Positions 1-10,875 are shown, counted from the first letter of the stretch. The stretch: 64,000 nucleotides of DNA from an uncultured Clostridia bacterium (GCA_934133005.1 CAKPAI010000002.1:132657-196656); one strand, 5' to 3'. The notes: generated by a model not told the origin, from the sequence alone. Translations and numbers: made by a program.

Positions 1-101
1 TGTTTATGCTTAGGATTTTCGCATATTACTCTAATGACACCTTTTCTTTTGATAACTTTGCACTTATCGCAAATCTTTTTAACTGATGGTCTTACCTTCA
101 T
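1..101 (-). CDS. rpmJ: 50S ribosomal protein L36 (partial, 3' end beyond window start)
   Basis: Reverse-strand translation from ATG at 99-101 gives [34 protein letters not shown], a Zn-ribbon L36. AGGAGG sits 9 nt upstream. The position downstream of infA is canonical. Confidence 0.8.
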   Translation of the reverse strand, partial: MKVRPSVKKICDKCKVIKRKGVIRVICENPKHK

Positions 102-146
102 TATCATACACCTCCTGAATAATTTTTATTGTTATAGTATTAGATA

Positions 147-365
147 TTATTTTGCTCTCCAAGTAATTCTTCCTTTAGTTAAATCATATGGTGAAAGTTC
201 TACTTTAACCTTATCTCCAGGAAGAATTTTGATGTAATTCATTCTTAACTTTCCAGAGATGTGAGCTAATATCTGATGACCATTTGCTAACTCTACTTTG
301 AATGTTGTGTTTGGTAATGATTCAACAACAACACCTTCAACTTCAATAACATCCTCTTTTGACAT
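147..365 (-). CDS. infA: translation initiation factor IF-1
   Basis: ORF 147..386 translates to [13 protein letters not shown]...GRITWRAK (S1-like IF-1). The internal ATG at 365 is preceded by GGAGG, so the shorter 72-aa form was chosen. Confidence 0.88.
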   Translation of the reverse strand: MSKEDVIEVEGVVVESLPNTTFKVELANGHQILAHISGKLRMNYIKILPGDKVKVELSPYDLTKGRITWRAK

Positions 366-527
366 TATTTTTCCTCCAATTTTCATTTTTCTTTACAATA
401 AGAAATTTTTTTCTTAAAAATAAAGTTTAAGAAAATCAGATTTCTTATTTATATTCTAGTTTTTTCTAGAAATTAAATGCAAATTTAGCTATTATATCCA
501 TAATAGCTAATATAGTATATCAAATTT

Positions 528-1298
528 CTATAATAATGTCAATATTTCTGGTTCATTTTCTGTAATTAAAATTGTATTTTCATAGTGTGCTGCATTTGTT
601 CCATCCTCAGAAATAATTGTCCATCCATCATCTAATTCTAGAATTCCATTTTTCCCCATTATTACCATTGGTTCTATTGCTAAAGTCATACCCGGTTCTA
701 GTCTAATTCCTCTTCCAGCTTTTCCGTAATTTGGTATTCCTGGATCTTCGTGCATTTCTTCTCCTATTCCATGTCCTTGGAATTCTCTTACTACACTATA
801 TCCATTTTTTTCTACAAATTCTCCTATCGCATGACAAATATCGCCTAGTCTATTTCCTGGTTTTGCATATTTTATACCTTCAAAAAATGCCTGTTTTGTA
901 ACTTCAACCAATCTTTTAGTTTTTTCATCAACATTTCCTACTAAGTATGTTCTTGCACAATCTCCATTGTAGCCGTCTTTATATGCAACTAAGTCAACAC
1001 TTATAATATCTCCATCTTTTAGAATTTCTCTTTTTGATGGAATTCCATGAATTACTACATCATTTACAGATGCACAAATTGAACCTGGAAATGGTGGTAC
1101 TCCTTTTACTCCACTTGGATATCCTTTTTCAGCAGGAATTGCACCATTTTCTCTCATAGTTCTTTCTGCAATTTTATCTAATTCATAAGTTGAAATTCCT
1201 GGTCGTATTGCTGCTTCTATTGCCTTTTGTGCAAGATTTGCAACTCTACATGCCTCTCTCATTTTTTCAATTTGATGTTTATTTTTAATACTTACCAC
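528..1298 (-). CDS. map: type I methionine aminopeptidase
   Basis: 256-aa ORF. MetAP metal-ligand motifs (VDLVAYKDGYNGD, HGIGEEMHE) are present. Its position after adk is conserved. Confidence 0.9.
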   Translation of the reverse strand: MVSIKNKHQIEKMREACRVANLAQKAIEAAIRPGISTYELDKIAERTMRENGAIPAEKGYPSGVKGVPPFPGSICASVNDVVIHGIPSKREILKDGDIISVDLVAYKDGYNGDCARTYLVGNVDEKTKRLVEVTKQAFFEGIKYAKPGNRLGDICHAIGEFVEKNGYSVVREFQGHGIGEEMHEDPGIPNYGKAGRGIRLEPGMTLAIEPMVIMGKNGILELDDGWTIISEDGTNAAHYENTILITENEPEILTLL

Positions 1299-1315
1299 TG
1301 TAATTACTTCCTTTT

Positions 1316-1984
1316 TTACATTTCTTTTATTTTATTTAAAACATCTTCTGCTGCATCTTTTCCAAGTCTATTTATTTTTTCACTAATTTCTTCAGTAATT
1401 AGTACACCTTTTTGTGTATAAAAATCTATTAATGGACTTGTTTTTTCATCATATATTGCAAGTCTTTGTTTTATTGCATTTTCATCGCTGTCATCTTCTC
1501 TTTGAACTAGTTTTGAACCACATATATCACAAATACCTTCAACTTTTGATGGATGCATTGTCAAATTGTATGTTGCTTTACATTTTGAATTTGAGCAAAC
1601 TCTTCTATTTAAAATTCTTGTTATTATTTCATCTCTTGGAGTTGTTAGATTTATTACTAAATCAACTTTTTTTCCTTTTCCGCTAAGAATTTCTTCTAAT
1701 TTTTCTGCTTGCTCTACAGTTCTTGGGAATCCATCTAATATAGCACCATTTGCTGCATCTTCTTCATTTAATCTATCTACAACCATTGGAACTGTTATTT
1801 CATCTGGAACAAGTTGTCCTTTTGAAATATATTCATTTGCTTTTATTCCAAGTTCTGTTTTGTTTGAAATATTTGCTCTAAATATATCCCCTGTTGATAT
1901 TTGTGGCCATCCTGTTTCCTTGCTTAAAATTCCTGCAACTGTACCTTTTCCTGTGCCTTGAGCACCTAACATAATTAAATACAT
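1316..1984 (-). CDS. adk: adenylate kinase
   Basis: 222 aa. P-loop GAQGTGKGT, Zn-binding lid CSNSKC...CDICGSK. Canonical position between secY and map. Confidence 0.92.
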   Translation of the reverse strand: MYLIMLGAQGTGKGTVAGILSKETGWPQISTGDIFRANISNKTELGIKANEYISKGQLVPDEITVPMVVDRLNEEDAANGAILDGFPRTVEQAEKLEEILSGKGKKVDLVINLTTPRDEIITRILNRRVCSNSKCKATYNLTMHPSKVEGICDICGSKLVQREDDSDENAIKQRLAIYDEKTSPLIDFYTQKGVLITEEISEKINRLGKDAAEDVLNKIKEM

Positions 1985-2100
1985 ATATTATTCTCCTTTC
2001 AGCTTTTGCTTAAAATCATACATTATTTTAGTTCATTTTTACCGATTTGTCAATGCACTAGAAAATAACTATTTTATGGTGTGATGTTTTCTAGTTGTTG

Positions 2101-2133
2101 AACTAAAAAATAACACTCCTTTTAAGAAGTGCT
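2101..2133 (-). promoter_or_regulatory. terminator/attenuator-like hairpin between secY and adk
   Basis: On the minus strand, AGCACUUC-UUAAAA-GGAGUGUU (8 bp, 2 G-U pairs) followed by AUUUUUUAG. A second 8-bp inverted repeat CTAGAAAA/TTTTCTAG lies at 2061..2097. Confidence 0.35.
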
Positions 2134-2143
2134 ATTTTTGTTT

Positions 2144-3457
2144 TTATTCTAAGAATCCTTTGTAATGTCTTGTTACAAGTTGTGATTCTAATTGTTGTAC
2201 TGTTTCTAATGCAACACCTACTATAATTAATATTGATGTTCCACCAAATGCTATATTTAATCCTGTAAATCTTGTTAACATTGGGATTATTGCAATAGCT
2301 GCTAAGAATACTCCACCAACTAATGTTAATTTTGATATTACTGATGATAAATATTCAGTTGTTGGTTTACCAGCTCTTATTCCTGGTATAAATCCACCAT
2401 TTCTTTTAATTGTTGCAGATATTTCTGCTGGGTTGAATGTTGCATAAGTGTAGAAATATGTAAATCCTAGGATTAATAGTAAATAAACTATTGCATTTGC
2501 TATTGTATATCCTATTCCTACACTTGAAGAAGATGTTGCAATTGAGAAATTATATAATACTCTCCAAAATCCTGTTGGGTTTTGTGTAAATATTTGAATT
2601 ATCATTGCAGGAAATGTCATGAATGATGATGCAAATATTATTGGCATAACTCCTGCCATTGCAAGTTTTAATGGTATATTTGTGTTCTGAGCACCTACCA
2701 TTTTTCTTCCTACTACACGCTTTGCATATTGAACAGGTATTCTTCTTTCTGCATTTTGTACAAATACAACTGCTGCAACAAGTGCAAGCATTCCAACAAC
2801 TAAGCAAACTGCTTTAATTAGTCCTAATGTACTAAATGTTCCTGTTCCAAATATTAGATTCCATACATCTGTTATTCCAGATGCTAAACCTGATACTATA
2901 CCTACAAATATAATTATTGAAATTCCGTTTCCAATACCTTTATTTGTAATTTGTTCTCCGAGCCACATAAGTAATGCTGTACCAGCCATCAAAGATATGA
3001 CTGTTATTGCTCCACCTAAGAATGTTGTATCTAAGAATATTCTTGATGATTTATATGAGAAGAATATTCCTAGTCCTTCAATTAGAGCAAGAATAATAGT
3101 TACAATTTTAGTGTATTTATTAACTTTATTCTTTCCCTCTTCTCCACCTTCTTTAACTAAACGTTCAAGACTTGGTATTACCATCGATAATAATTGAATT
3201 ACTATTGATGCTGTAATATATGGTGTTATCGACATTGCAAATATTGAAAGTCTTGAGAAAGCACCTCCAGATATTGTATCAATTAATCCTGTAACACCAT
3301 TTGTTGCTGAATTCATTTGGTCAGCAAGTGTTATTGTATCTACTCCTGGTACTGTTATATAGCAACCTAATCTAAAGATTACAATTAACAATAATGTATA
3401 AAGTAGTTTTTTTCTAACTTCAGGTGTTTTTAAAGCATTTTTTATTGTCTTAAACAA
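2144..3457 (-). CDS. secY: preprotein translocase subunit SecY
   Basis: 437-aa polytopic membrane protein at the canonical position after rplO. SecY-like helices are visible. Confidence 0.92.
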   Translation of the reverse strand: MFKTIKNALKTPEVRKKLLYTLLLIVIFRLGCYITVPGVDTITLADQMNSATNGVTGLIDTISGGAFSRLSIFAMSITPYITASIVIQLLSMVIPSLERLVKEGGEEGKNKVNKYTKIVTIILALIEGLGIFFSYKSSRIFLDTTFLGGAITVISLMAGTALLMWLGEQITNKGIGNGISIIIFVGIVSGLASGITDVWNLIFGTGTFSTLGLIKAVCLVVGMLALVAAVVFVQNAERRIPVQYAKRVVGRKMVGAQNTNIPLKLAMAGVMPIIFASSFMTFPAMIIQIFTQNPTGFWRVLYNFSIATSSSSVGIGYTIANAIVYLLLILGFTYFYTYATFNPAEISATIKRNGGFIPGIRAGKPTTEYLSSVISKLTLVGGVFLAAIAIIPMLTRFTGLNIAFGGTSILIIVGVALETVQQLESQLVTRHYKGFLE

Positions 3458-3458
3458 A

Positions 3459-3893
3459 TTACATCACCTCTGCCTTTCCACCTAAAGCTTCGATAGCTTC
3501 TTTAGCAGACTTTGTAAATCTTGCAGCTTTAACATTAACTTTTTTCTCTAATTTTCCTGTTCCAAGAATTACAATTCCTGCATTTGCTTTTCTTATAATT
3601 CCGTCAGCAATTAAAGATTCTGCAGTAACATCTTCTGATTTTGATTTTGAAAGCATTGTTAATGTTACTTCTGTATATTCAAGAGCATGGATATTTGTGA
3701 ATCCTCTCTTTGGTAATCTTCTATATAATGGTGTTTGACCACCTTCAAATCCACGTCTTACTCCGCCACCAGATCTTGCTTTTTGACCTTTGTGACCTTT
3801 ACCAGATGTTTTTCCAAGACCAGATCCAACTCCACGTCCAACTCTTCTTCTTGATTCATTTTTTTGTGCTGGTTTTAATTCGTCTAACTTCAT
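3459..3893 (-). CDS. rplO: 50S ribosomal protein L15
   Basis: 144 aa, Gly/Arg-rich N-terminus ([24 protein letters not shown]) typical of uL15. Confidence 0.92.
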   Translation of the reverse strand: MKLDELKPAQKNESRRRVGRGVGSGLGKTSGKGHKGQKARSGGGVRRGFEGGQTPLYRRLPKRGFTNIHALEYTEVTLTMLSKSKSEDVTAESLIADGIIRKANAGIVILGTGKLEKKVNVKAARFTKSAKEAIEALGGKAEVM

Positions 3894-3926
3894 TTCGTGA
3901 TTGCACCTCCTTATCTTTATACAAAA

Positions 3927-4415
3927 TTATAATATTTCTTCTACTTTTTTACCTCTTTTTGCAGCTACAGTTTCTGCTGTTTGCATGCTCTTTAGGCCTT
4001 CAATTGTAGCATATACAACATTTCTAGGGTTGTTTGTTCCTAGTATTTTTGTTCTTATGTCTCTATATCCAGCTAGTTCTAGAACAGGTCTAACGCTTCC
4101 ACCTGCTATAATTCCAGTACCTTCTGCAGCTGGTTTTAACATAACACTTGCACTTCCGAACTTTCCTATAATCTCATGTGGTATAGTAGTATCTACTATT
4201 GATACTTCTATTAAGTTCTTCTTTGCATCTTGAATTGCTTTCTTTATTGCATCTGGAACTTCTGCAGCCTTTCCGTTTCCAACTCCAACGTGTCCAGCTC
4301 CATCTCCAACTACAACAACTGCACTAAATCTGAAATTTCTTCCACCTTTAACAACTTTTGCAACTCTATTTAAAGCAACTACTTTCTCTTTTAATTCTGT
4401 AGTATTTTCTTGCAC
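3927..4415 (-). CDS. rpsE: 30S ribosomal protein S5
   Basis: 162 aa; [24 protein letters not shown] motif of uS5. Confidence 0.92.
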   Translation of the reverse strand: MQENTTELKEKVVALNRVAKVVKGGRNFRFSAVVVVGDGAGHVGVGNGKAAEVPDAIKKAIQDAKKNLIEVSIVDTTIPHEIIGKFGSASVMLKPAAEGTGIIAGGSVRPVLELAGYRDIRTKILGTNNPRNVVYATIEGLKSMQTAETVAAKRGKKVEEIL

Positions 4416-4454
4416 TATTTTTCCCTCCTAACTTAAAAAGTCTTTTATGTAATA

Positions 4455-4814
4455 TTAGAACTCTAATCCTGCTTCTCTTGCAGCTTCAGCTAATGCTTTG
4501 ATAACTCCATGATATAAGTATCCTGATCTATCAAATACAACTGTTTTTATTTTATTGTCTTGAGCTCTTTTTGCAATTAATGCTCCTAATTCTTTAGCAG
4601 CTTCAACATTTGCATGTTTTTCTTTTACTTCTTTATCTAAAGTAGAAGCACTTACTAATGTTGTAGCATTTACATCATCAATTACTTGAACAAATAAATT
4701 TTTATTACTTCTATATACACATAATCTTGGACGTTCAGCAGTTCCACTAACTTTTGTACGTACACGAAGATGTCTTCTCTCTCTATCAGCTTTTCTATTT
4801 ACTTTTCCAACCAT
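4455..4814 (-). CDS. rplR: 50S ribosomal protein L18
   Basis: 119 aa; [34 protein letters not shown] typical of uL18. Confidence 0.92.
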   Translation of the reverse strand: MVGKVNRKADRERRHLRVRTKVSGTAERPRLCVYRSNKNLFVQVIDDVNATTLVSASTLDKEVKEKHANVEAAKELGALIAKRAQDNKIKTVVFDRSGYLYHGVIKALAEAAREAGLEF

Positions 4815-4886
4815 TTTCTTACTCCTCTCTAATCAATGTAACAGCATTGATTTATTTAGTAATTTAGTTTTCTTTTATTTTAAGAA

Positions 4887-5426
4887 TTATTTCTTACCAG
4901 CTTTACCTTCTTTACGTCTAATATGCTCTGTAGCATACTTGATACCTTTTCCTCTATAAACTTCTGGTGGTCTCTTGCTTCTTACTACTGTAGCTGTTTG
5001 ACCAACTAATTCTTTATCAATTCCTCTTACTGTGATATGGTTTGCATCAGCTAAATCAAATGTTATTCCTTCTGGTGCTTCCATTTCTACTGGATGAGAA
5101 TATCCAAGGTTCATAACAAGTTTATTTCCTTGTTTTTGAGCTCTGTATCCAACTCCGTTTATTTCAAGTTCAACTTTGAATTCATTAACAACACCTTCAA
5201 CCATGTTATGTATTAATGCTCTAGTTGTTCCATGTAAGCTTCTATTAAGTTTTGAATCATCTGGTCTTGTAACTTTTATTTCATTTCCGTCTAATTCAAC
5301 TTTTATGTTTGGGTGAATATCTCTTTCAAGACTTCCCTTAGGTCCTTTTACAGTAATATGTTGTCCGTCGATTTTAACTTCAACTCCAGCTGGTACTGCA
5401 ACAGGCATGTTTCCTATTCTTGACAT
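4887..5426 (-). CDS. rplF: 50S ribosomal protein L6
   Basis: 179 aa; MSRIGNMPVAVPAGVEVKIDGQHITVKGPKG typical of uL6. Confidence 0.92.
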   Translation of the reverse strand: MSRIGNMPVAVPAGVEVKIDGQHITVKGPKGSLERDIHPNIKVELDGNEIKVTRPDDSKLNRSLHGTTRALIHNMVEGVVNEFKVELEINGVGYRAQKQGNKLVMNLGYSHPVEMEAPEGITFDLADANHITVRGIDKELVGQTATVVRSKRPPEVYRGKGIKYATEHIRRKEGKAGKK

Positions 5427-5456
5427 TTTGGTTTCTCCTTTCTATATCTTAATGTA

Positions 5457-5858
5457 TTACCATACATAAGCTAAAACTTCTCCACCAAGGCCTAAATTAC
5501 GAGCTTCTTTGTCTGTCATTATTCCTTTTGATGTTGAAATTAATGCTATTCCTAATCCGTTTAATACTTTTGGTAATTCGTCTTTAGATGCGTAAACTCT
5601 TAATCCTGGTTTACTAATTCTTTTTAGTCCATCTATTACTTTATTACCTTTTTCTGTATATTTTAATGTAATTCTGATTACACCTTGATTATTTTCCTCT
5701 TTTATTTCTTCAAAAGATTTTATATATCCTTCTTTAAATAGAATTTCAGCTATTGCTAATTTCATATTTGAAGATGGTACATCAACAGTCTTATGCTTAG
5801 AACTGTTTGCATTTCTTATTCTTGTTAGCATATCTGCTATTGGATCTGTAGTAACCAT
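5457..5858 (-). CDS. rpsH: 30S ribosomal protein S8
   Basis: 133 aa; [14 protein letters not shown]-terminus and C-terminal GGEVLAYVW typical of uS8. Confidence 0.92.
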   Translation of the reverse strand: MVTTDPIADMLTRIRNANSSKHKTVDVPSSNMKLAIAEILFKEGYIKSFEEIKEENNQGVIRITLKYTEKGNKVIDGLKRISKPGLRVYASKDELPKVLNGLGIALISTSKGIMTDKEARNLGLGGEVLAYVW

Positions 5859-5893
5859 TTTTACCCTCCTTTTTCCAAATATTTATTTATATT

Positions 5894-6079
5894 TTACCAA
5901 CTTGCTTTCTTAACTCCTGGTATTTCTCCATCATGAGCTAATTTTCTAAAGCACTCACGGCAAAGTCCAAATTTTCTGATATATGCATGTGGACGTCCAC
6001 ATAATTTGCATCTATTATATTCTCTTGTTGCATATTTTTGTGGTCTTGCTTGCTTTACTTTTAAAGATTTTTTAGCCAT
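5894..6079 (-). CDS. rpsZ: 30S ribosomal protein S14, type Z (zinc-binding, 61 aa)
   Basis: 61 aa with CKLCGR...CRECFR, the short Zn-ribbon S14 form typical of Firmicutes spc operons. Confidence 0.92.
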   Translation of the reverse strand: MAKKSLKVKQARPQKYATREYNRCKLCGRPHAYIRKFGLCRECFRKLAHDGEIPGVKKASW

Positions 6080-6100
6080 CAGCTTTCTCCTTTCTTTAAC

Positions 6101-6640
6101 CTAAGCTTTAAAAGGCATTCCTAATAACTTAAGAAGTTCTTTTGCTTCTTCATCAGTATTAGCTGTAGTTACGAATATAATATCCATACCTCTTACTTTA
6201 TCTACCTTTTCATATTCAATTTCTGGGAATATTACTTGCTCTTTTATACCCATTGAGTAGTTTCCTCTACCATCGAATGAATTTGCTGGAACTCCTCTAA
6301 AATCTCTAACTCTAGGAAGAGCTACATTAAATAACTTTTCAGCAAAGTCATACATTTTTCCTTGTCTTAAAGTTACTTTGCATCCAATTGGAACACCTGC
6401 TCTTAATTTAAATGCAGCTATAGCTTTTTTAGATTTTGTTATTATTGGTTTTTGTCCTGTTATTTGAGCTAGCTCACTAACAGCATTTTCTAATGATTTA
6501 GGATTTTCTTTTGTATCACCTAAACCTATATTTATAACTATTTTATCTAGTTTTGGAACTTCCATAACTGATGTATAATTAAATTTTTTCATCATTGCTG
6601 GAACTACTTCTTTTTCGTATTGTTCTCTTAAAATTTCCAT
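6101..6640 (-). CDS. rplE: 50S ribosomal protein L5
   Basis: 179 aa; uL5 signature KITLNIGLGD-like (IVINIGLGD); operon position. Confidence 0.92.
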   Translation of the reverse strand: MEILREQYEKEVVPAMMKKFNYTSVMEVPKLDKIVINIGLGDTKENPKSLENAVSELAQITGQKPIITKSKKAIAAFKLRAGVPIGCKVTLRQGKMYDFAEKLFNVALPRVRDFRGVPANSFDGRGNYSMGIKEQVIFPEIEYEKVDKVRGMDIIFVTTANTDEEAKELLKLLGMPFKA

Positions 6641-6668
6641 AAGTCTTATATAGACCTCCTTTCTTCAA

Positions 6669-6977
6669 CTATTTTAATTTTGCATTACATTTTTTGCATA
6701 CACGTACTTTCTCATCTTTTTCTACTATGTATCCAATTCTTGTAGCTTTACCACATTTAGGGCATACTACTTGTGCTTTGCTTGAATGTATAGCTGCTTC
6801 TGAAGATATAATTCCGCCTTCTTCACCTTGTTTTCTTGGCTTTACACTCTTTTTTCTTATATTGATACCTTTAACGATTATTTTTTCTGTTTTTGGTATT
6901 ACTTCTAGAACTTCTCCAGTCTTTCCTTTATCATTTCCAGATAAAATTTTAACTGTATCACCCTTCTTTATATTCAT
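6669..6977 (-). CDS. rplX: 50S ribosomal protein L24 (C-terminal Cys4 Zn-ribbon variant)
   Basis: ORF 6669..6998. The ATG at 6977 (MNIKKGDTVKILSGNDKGK, KOW motif) has GAGGTG 9 nt upstream. The C-terminus carries CPKCG...CKKCN. Confidence 0.9.
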   Translation of the reverse strand: MNIKKGDTVKILSGNDKGKTGEVLEVIPKTEKIIVKGINIRKKSVKPRKQGEEGGIISSEAAIHSSKAQVVCPKCGKATRIGYIVEKDEKVRVCKKCNAKLK

Positions 6978-7031
6978 TATTATTTTCACCTCACTCACTA
7001 TAATTTGTGATTTTTTAAGTTTTAATTATTA

Positions 7032-7400
7032 CTATAAAACTTCTGGTGCAAGAGATAATATCTTCATGTAGTTTTTCTCTCTTAATTCTCTTGCTACTGG
7101 TCCGAATATACGTGTTCCCTTTGGTTCACCGTCTTCTTTTATTATAACTGCTGCATTTTCATCAAATCTTAAGTATGATCCGTCAGCTCTTCTGATAGGT
7201 TTCTTTGTTCTAACAACAACTGCTTTAACAACATCACCTTTTTTTACAACGCCACCTGGTGTAGCACTTTTTACAGAAGCTACTATTACGTCTCCAACTC
7301 TAGCATATTTTCTATATGATCCACCTAATGCTCTGATACACATTATTTCTTTTGCACCTGTATTATCAGCTACATTTAGTATAGTTTGTTGCTGTACCAT
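7032..7400 (-). CDS. rplN: 50S ribosomal protein L14
   Basis: 122 aa; [17 protein letters not shown] typical of uL14. Confidence 0.92.
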   Translation of the reverse strand: MVQQQTILNVADNTGAKEIMCIRALGGSYRKYARVGDVIVASVKSATPGGVVKKGDVVKAVVVRTKKPIRRADGSYLRFDENAAVIIKEDGEPKGTRIFGPVARELREKNYMKILSLAPEVL

Positions 7401-7424
7401 TAGATTAGTACCTCCCTCTTAAAA

Positions 7425-7688
7425 TTATTTTATAATTGCTTTTTCTACAATTTCTACAACTCTCCATCTCTTATCTTTTGATAGAGGTCTTGTTTCCATG
7501 ACTTTAACTTTATCGCCTATTTTACAAGCATTTTCTTCGTCATGAGCTTTTAATTTATATGTTCTTTGCTTGATTTTTCCATAATTTTTGTCCATTACTT
7601 TTTCTTCAACAGATACAACTACTGTTTTATCCATTTTGTCAGAAGTAACAACACCAATCATAGTTTTACGAAGATTTCTTTCTTCCAT
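7425..7688 (-). CDS. rpsQ: 30S ribosomal protein S17
   Basis: ORF 7425..7712. The internal ATG at 7688 ([14 protein letters not shown]...) is preceded by AGGAGA. OB-fold uS17. Confidence 0.88.
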   Translation of the reverse strand: MEERNLRKTMIGVVTSDKMDKTVVVSVEEKVMDKNYGKIKQRTYKLKAHDEENACKIGDKVKVMETRPLSKDKRWRVVEIVEKAIIK

Positions 7689-7762
7689 AAGTATCTCCTT
7701 TCTTAATTTCAAGGTGCAACTTTAATGTTGCTTTCTCATAGTTAATATGTACTTAACTTTAA

Positions 7763-8077
7763 TTATTCTTCATCTTTCTTTTCAGCTACTTTTTTAGTAG
7801 TTCTTTTTCTTGTTGTAGTAGCTTTTTTCTTTGTTTCTTCTGTCTTAACTTCTTCTTTAACTGCTGGAGTAGCTACTACTTCTTCTCCTGACATTTCTCT
7901 TTGAGTTAATACAGTCTTTATTTTTGCAATGTCTTTCTTAACTTCTTTAATTTTCATAGGATTGTCTAATCCATTTGTAGCTAAGCTGAATCTTAGTTTG
8001 AATAGTTCTGACTTTAACTCTCCTAATTCTTTCTCTAAGTCTGGTGAAGACATTTCTCTTATTTTATTTATCTTCAT
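7763..8077 (-). CDS. rpmC: 50S ribosomal protein L29 with ~40-aa Lys/Thr/Glu-rich C-terminal extension
   Basis: The N-terminal 65 aa is classic uL29 ([30 protein letters not shown]). It overlaps the rplP 3' end by 14 nt, the canonical arrangement. Confidence 0.88.
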   Translation of the reverse strand: MKINKIREMSSPDLEKELGELKSELFKLRFSLATNGLDNPMKIKEVKKDIAKIKTVLTQREMSGEEVVATPAVKEEVKTEETKKKATTTRKRTTKKVAEKKDEE

Positions 8078-8507
8078 CTAATTCACCACCTACTTCAGTT
8101 TCTTTCTTTACAAATTTACATTTTACTGATAGCTTGTTTGCAGCAAGTCTTAGAGCTTCTCTTGCAACATCTTCTGTTACTTCGTCTAACTCAAATAATA
8201 TTCTTCCTGGTTTTACTAATGCTACCCAGTATTCAACAGATCCTTTTCCTTTACCCATACGAGTATCAGCTGGTTTCTTTGTTATAGGCTTATCTGGAAA
8301 AATTTTGATCCAAACCTTTCCACCTCTTTTTATATATCTTGTCATAGCAACACGGGCTGCTTCTATTTGATTAGAAGTGATTTGTCCAAGCTCTAATGCT
8401 TGTAAACCATATGTTCCATTTGATATTGTATTTCCTCTTGTTGCTTTTCCTCTATTTCTACCTTTTTGTTGTTTTCTGAACTTTGTTCTTTTTGGCATTA
8501 ATGGCAT
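8064..8507 (-). CDS. rplP: 50S ribosomal protein L16
   Basis: 147 aa; [17 protein letters not shown] typical of uL16. An ATGA start/stop overlap with rpsC sits at 8507. Confidence 0.92.
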   Translation of the reverse strand: MPLMPKRTKFRKQQKGRNRGKATRGNTISNGTYGLQALELGQITSNQIEAARVAMTRYIKRGGKVWIKIFPDKPITKKPADTRMGKGKGSVEYWVALVKPGRILFELDEVTEDVAREALRLAANKLSVKCKFVKKETEVGGELDEDK

Positions 8508-9169
8508 TATTTATCTCCTCCTTCCATTTGCTTTTTCTTAGCTGGAAGAACTTCTCCTTTATATATCCAAACTTTAACACCAACTTTTCCATAAGTTGTA
8601 TTTGCTTCTGCAAATCCATACTCTATGTTAGCTCTTAATGTTTGAAGAGGTATTGTTCCTTCTTTATAGAATTCTGTTCTTGCCATATCAGCTCCACCTA
8701 AACGGCCTGAGCAAGCTGTTTTAATTCCTAGAGCTCCCATCTTCATTGTTTTTTGCATACATTGTTTCATTGCTCTACGGAATGAGATTCTTCTTTCTAG
8801 TTGTCCTGCTATATTTTCAGCAACTAATTGTGCATCTAAATCTGGTGATTTAACTTCAACAATATTTAGATTTACATCTTTTCCTATCATTTTTTGTAAT
8901 TCTTCTTTTAAGCTTTCAGCTAAATTTCCACCTTTTCCTATTACTAGACCTGGTTTAGCTGTGTAAACGTTAACTTTTACAAACTTTGCTGTTCTTTCAA
9001 TTTCAACTTTTGAAATTCCGCTAGCATAAAGTTTTTTCTTAACATATTCACGGATTTTGTGATCTTCAACTAGATAATCTGCAAAATGCTTTGAATCTGC
9101 ATACCATTTTGAGTTCCAGTCTTTTATGATTCCAACTCTAAGTCCGTTTGGATTCACTTTTTGTCCCAT
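8507..9169 (-). CDS. rpsC: 30S ribosomal protein S3
   Basis: 220 aa; KH domain and [17 protein letters not shown] motif of uS3. Confidence 0.92.
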   Translation of the reverse strand: MGQKVNPNGLRVGIIKDWNSKWYADSKHFADYLVEDHKIREYVKKKLYASGISKVEIERTAKFVKVNVYTAKPGLVIGKGGNLAESLKEELQKMIGKDVNLNIVEVKSPDLDAQLVAENIAGQLERRISFRRAMKQCMQKTMKMGALGIKTACSGRLGGADMARTEFYKEGTIPLQTLRANIEYGFAEANTTYGKVGVKVWIYKGEVLPAKKKQMEGGDK

Positions 9170-9191
9170 TTTATATTATCCTCCTTCTAGA

Positions 9192-9566
9192 TTAGTCTCT
9201 TTCTTTAAGAACTATTGTTATATGACTTGTTCTCTTTCTAATTCTAACAGCTGAACCTTTTGCAGCTGGTCTTATTCTTCTTAATGTTGGTCCTTGGTTT
9301 GCATATATTTCAGCAACATATAATTTGCTAACATTCATACCATGGTTATTTTCTGCATTTGCCATTGCTGATTTTAATAATTTCTCTATTATTTCAGATG
9401 ATGCTTTTGGTGTAAATTTAACTATTGCTAAAGCATCTTCAGCATTTTTTCCTCTTATTAAATCTGCTACAATTTTAACTTTTCTACTTGAAATTCTAGC
9501 ATATTTTAAAGTAGCTACTGCTTTCTTTTCTTCTACTACTTGTAGATTCTCTTGCTTATCTGCCAC
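9192..9566 (-). CDS. rplV: 50S ribosomal protein L22
   Basis: 124 aa; [29 protein letters not shown] typical of uL22. Apparent GTG start, with AAGGAGG upstream. Confidence 0.9.
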   Translation of the reverse strand: MADKQENLQVVEEKKAVATLKYARISSRKVKIVADLIRGKNAEDALAIVKFTPKASSEIIEKLLKSAMANAENNHGMNVSKLYVAEIYANQGPTLRRIRPAAKGSAVRIRKRTSHITIVLKERD

Positions 9567-9657
9567 TTTTTTTACCTCCTTAATTAGTATTTAGAGAGTT
9601 GTTCTTGGTAGAAGTTTTTTCTCAAAACTTCTACTTTGATACTCTTTTTATTTATTA

Positions 9658-9933
9658 TTATTTTGTTGTTGTTTTATCTCCTGCATGACCTTTGAATGTT
9701 CTTGTTGGAGCAAATTCTCCTAATTTATGTCCTATCATTTCTTCAGTAACATAAACTGGAACATGTTTTCTTCCATCATGAACAGCTATTGTATGGCCAA
9801 CCATTTGTGGATATATTGTTGAAGCTCTTGACCATGTCTTTAAAACTTCTTTTTTACCACTTTCATTCATTGCTTCGATTCTTTTTAATAATTCTGGAGC
9901 AACAAATGGTTTCTTTTTGCTAGATCTTGACAT
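9658..9933 (-). CDS. rpsS: 30S ribosomal protein S19
   Basis: 91 aa; [38 protein letters not shown] typical of uS19. Confidence 0.92.
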   Translation of the reverse strand: MSRSSKKKPFVAPELLKRIEAMNESGKKEVLKTWSRASTIYPQMVGHTIAVHDGRKHVPVYVTEEMIGHKLGEFAPTRTFKGHAGDKTTTK

Positions 9934-9948
9934 ACCTTATTCCTCCTT

Positions 9949-10773
9949 CTACTTTCTTCTCTTAGCTATGAACTTATCAGTTCTAGAGTTCTTTCTTGTC
10001 TTATATCCAAGAGCTGGTTTACCCCAAGGAGTCATTGGTCCTGCGTGTCCTACTGGAGCCTTTCCTTCACCACCACCATGAGGGTGATCTACTGGGTTCA
10101 TTGCAGATCCTCTAACTTCTGGTCTCTTACCTAAGTGTCTTGTTTTTCCTGCTTTACCTAATTTAACGTTTTCTTGTTCAGCATTTCCAACAGTTCCTAT
10201 TGTAGCTCTACAATTTAGCATTATTAATCTCATTTCTCCTGATGGAAGTCTTAAGTTTGCATATTTTCCTTCTTTAGCCATAAGTTGTGCTTCTTGTCCT
10301 GCACTTCTAACTAATTTTCCACCTTGACCAGGATTTATTTCTATGTTGTGTAACATTGTACCAACTGGGATTTCTGATAACATTTTGCAGTTTCCTGGTT
10401 TAATATCTGCTTTAGAACCAGACATAACTGTGTCACCATCTTTTAGTCCTTTTGGTGCTAATATGTAAGATTTTGTTCCATCTTCATATTGTACTAAAGC
10501 TATGTTTGCTGTTCTATTTGGATCATATTCAACTCCTATTACAGTAGCTGGCATATCATCTTTTTGACGTTTAAAATCAATTATTCTATATTTTTGTCTG
10601 TTTCCTCCACCTTGGTGACGAACTGTTATTCTTCCGTAGCTATTTCTTCCTGCTTTTTCTTTCTTTACATCTAGTAAAGATTTTTCAGGAGTCTTTTTTG
10701 TTACTTCAGCAAAATCAGAAACTGTCATATTTCTTAATGATGGAGTTACTGGATTAAATTTCTTTGTTGCCAT
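9949..10773 (-). CDS. rplB: 50S ribosomal protein L2
   Basis: 274 aa; [16 protein letters not shown] and the C-terminal HPHGGGEG motif of uL2. Confidence 0.93.
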   Translation of the reverse strand: MATKKFNPVTPSLRNMTVSDFAEVTKKTPEKSLLDVKKEKAGRNSYGRITVRHQGGGNRQKYRIIDFKRQKDDMPATVIGVEYDPNRTANIALVQYEDGTKSYILAPKGLKDGDTVMSGSKADIKPGNCKMLSEIPVGTMLHNIEINPGQGGKLVRSAGQEAQLMAKEGKYANLRLPSGEMRLIMLNCRATIGTVGNAEQENVKLGKAGKTRHLGKRPEVRGSAMNPVDHPHGGGEGKAPVGHAGPMTPWGKPALGYKTRKNSRTDKFIAKRRK

Positions 10774-10875
10774 TTTTAATTATCTCCTTAAAATTATATT
10801 CGTGAATTTTTTCCTGCTTCACTTACAGATATTTTTTATTATCCGAGTTATCTCTCGATATTATTTTATTCTTAA

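Noticed and set aside
10774-10875. 100-nt gap between rplW and rplB as an internal terminator
   Set aside because: Only a 4-bp CGAG/CTCG hairpin and no U-run. Probably just a spacer.
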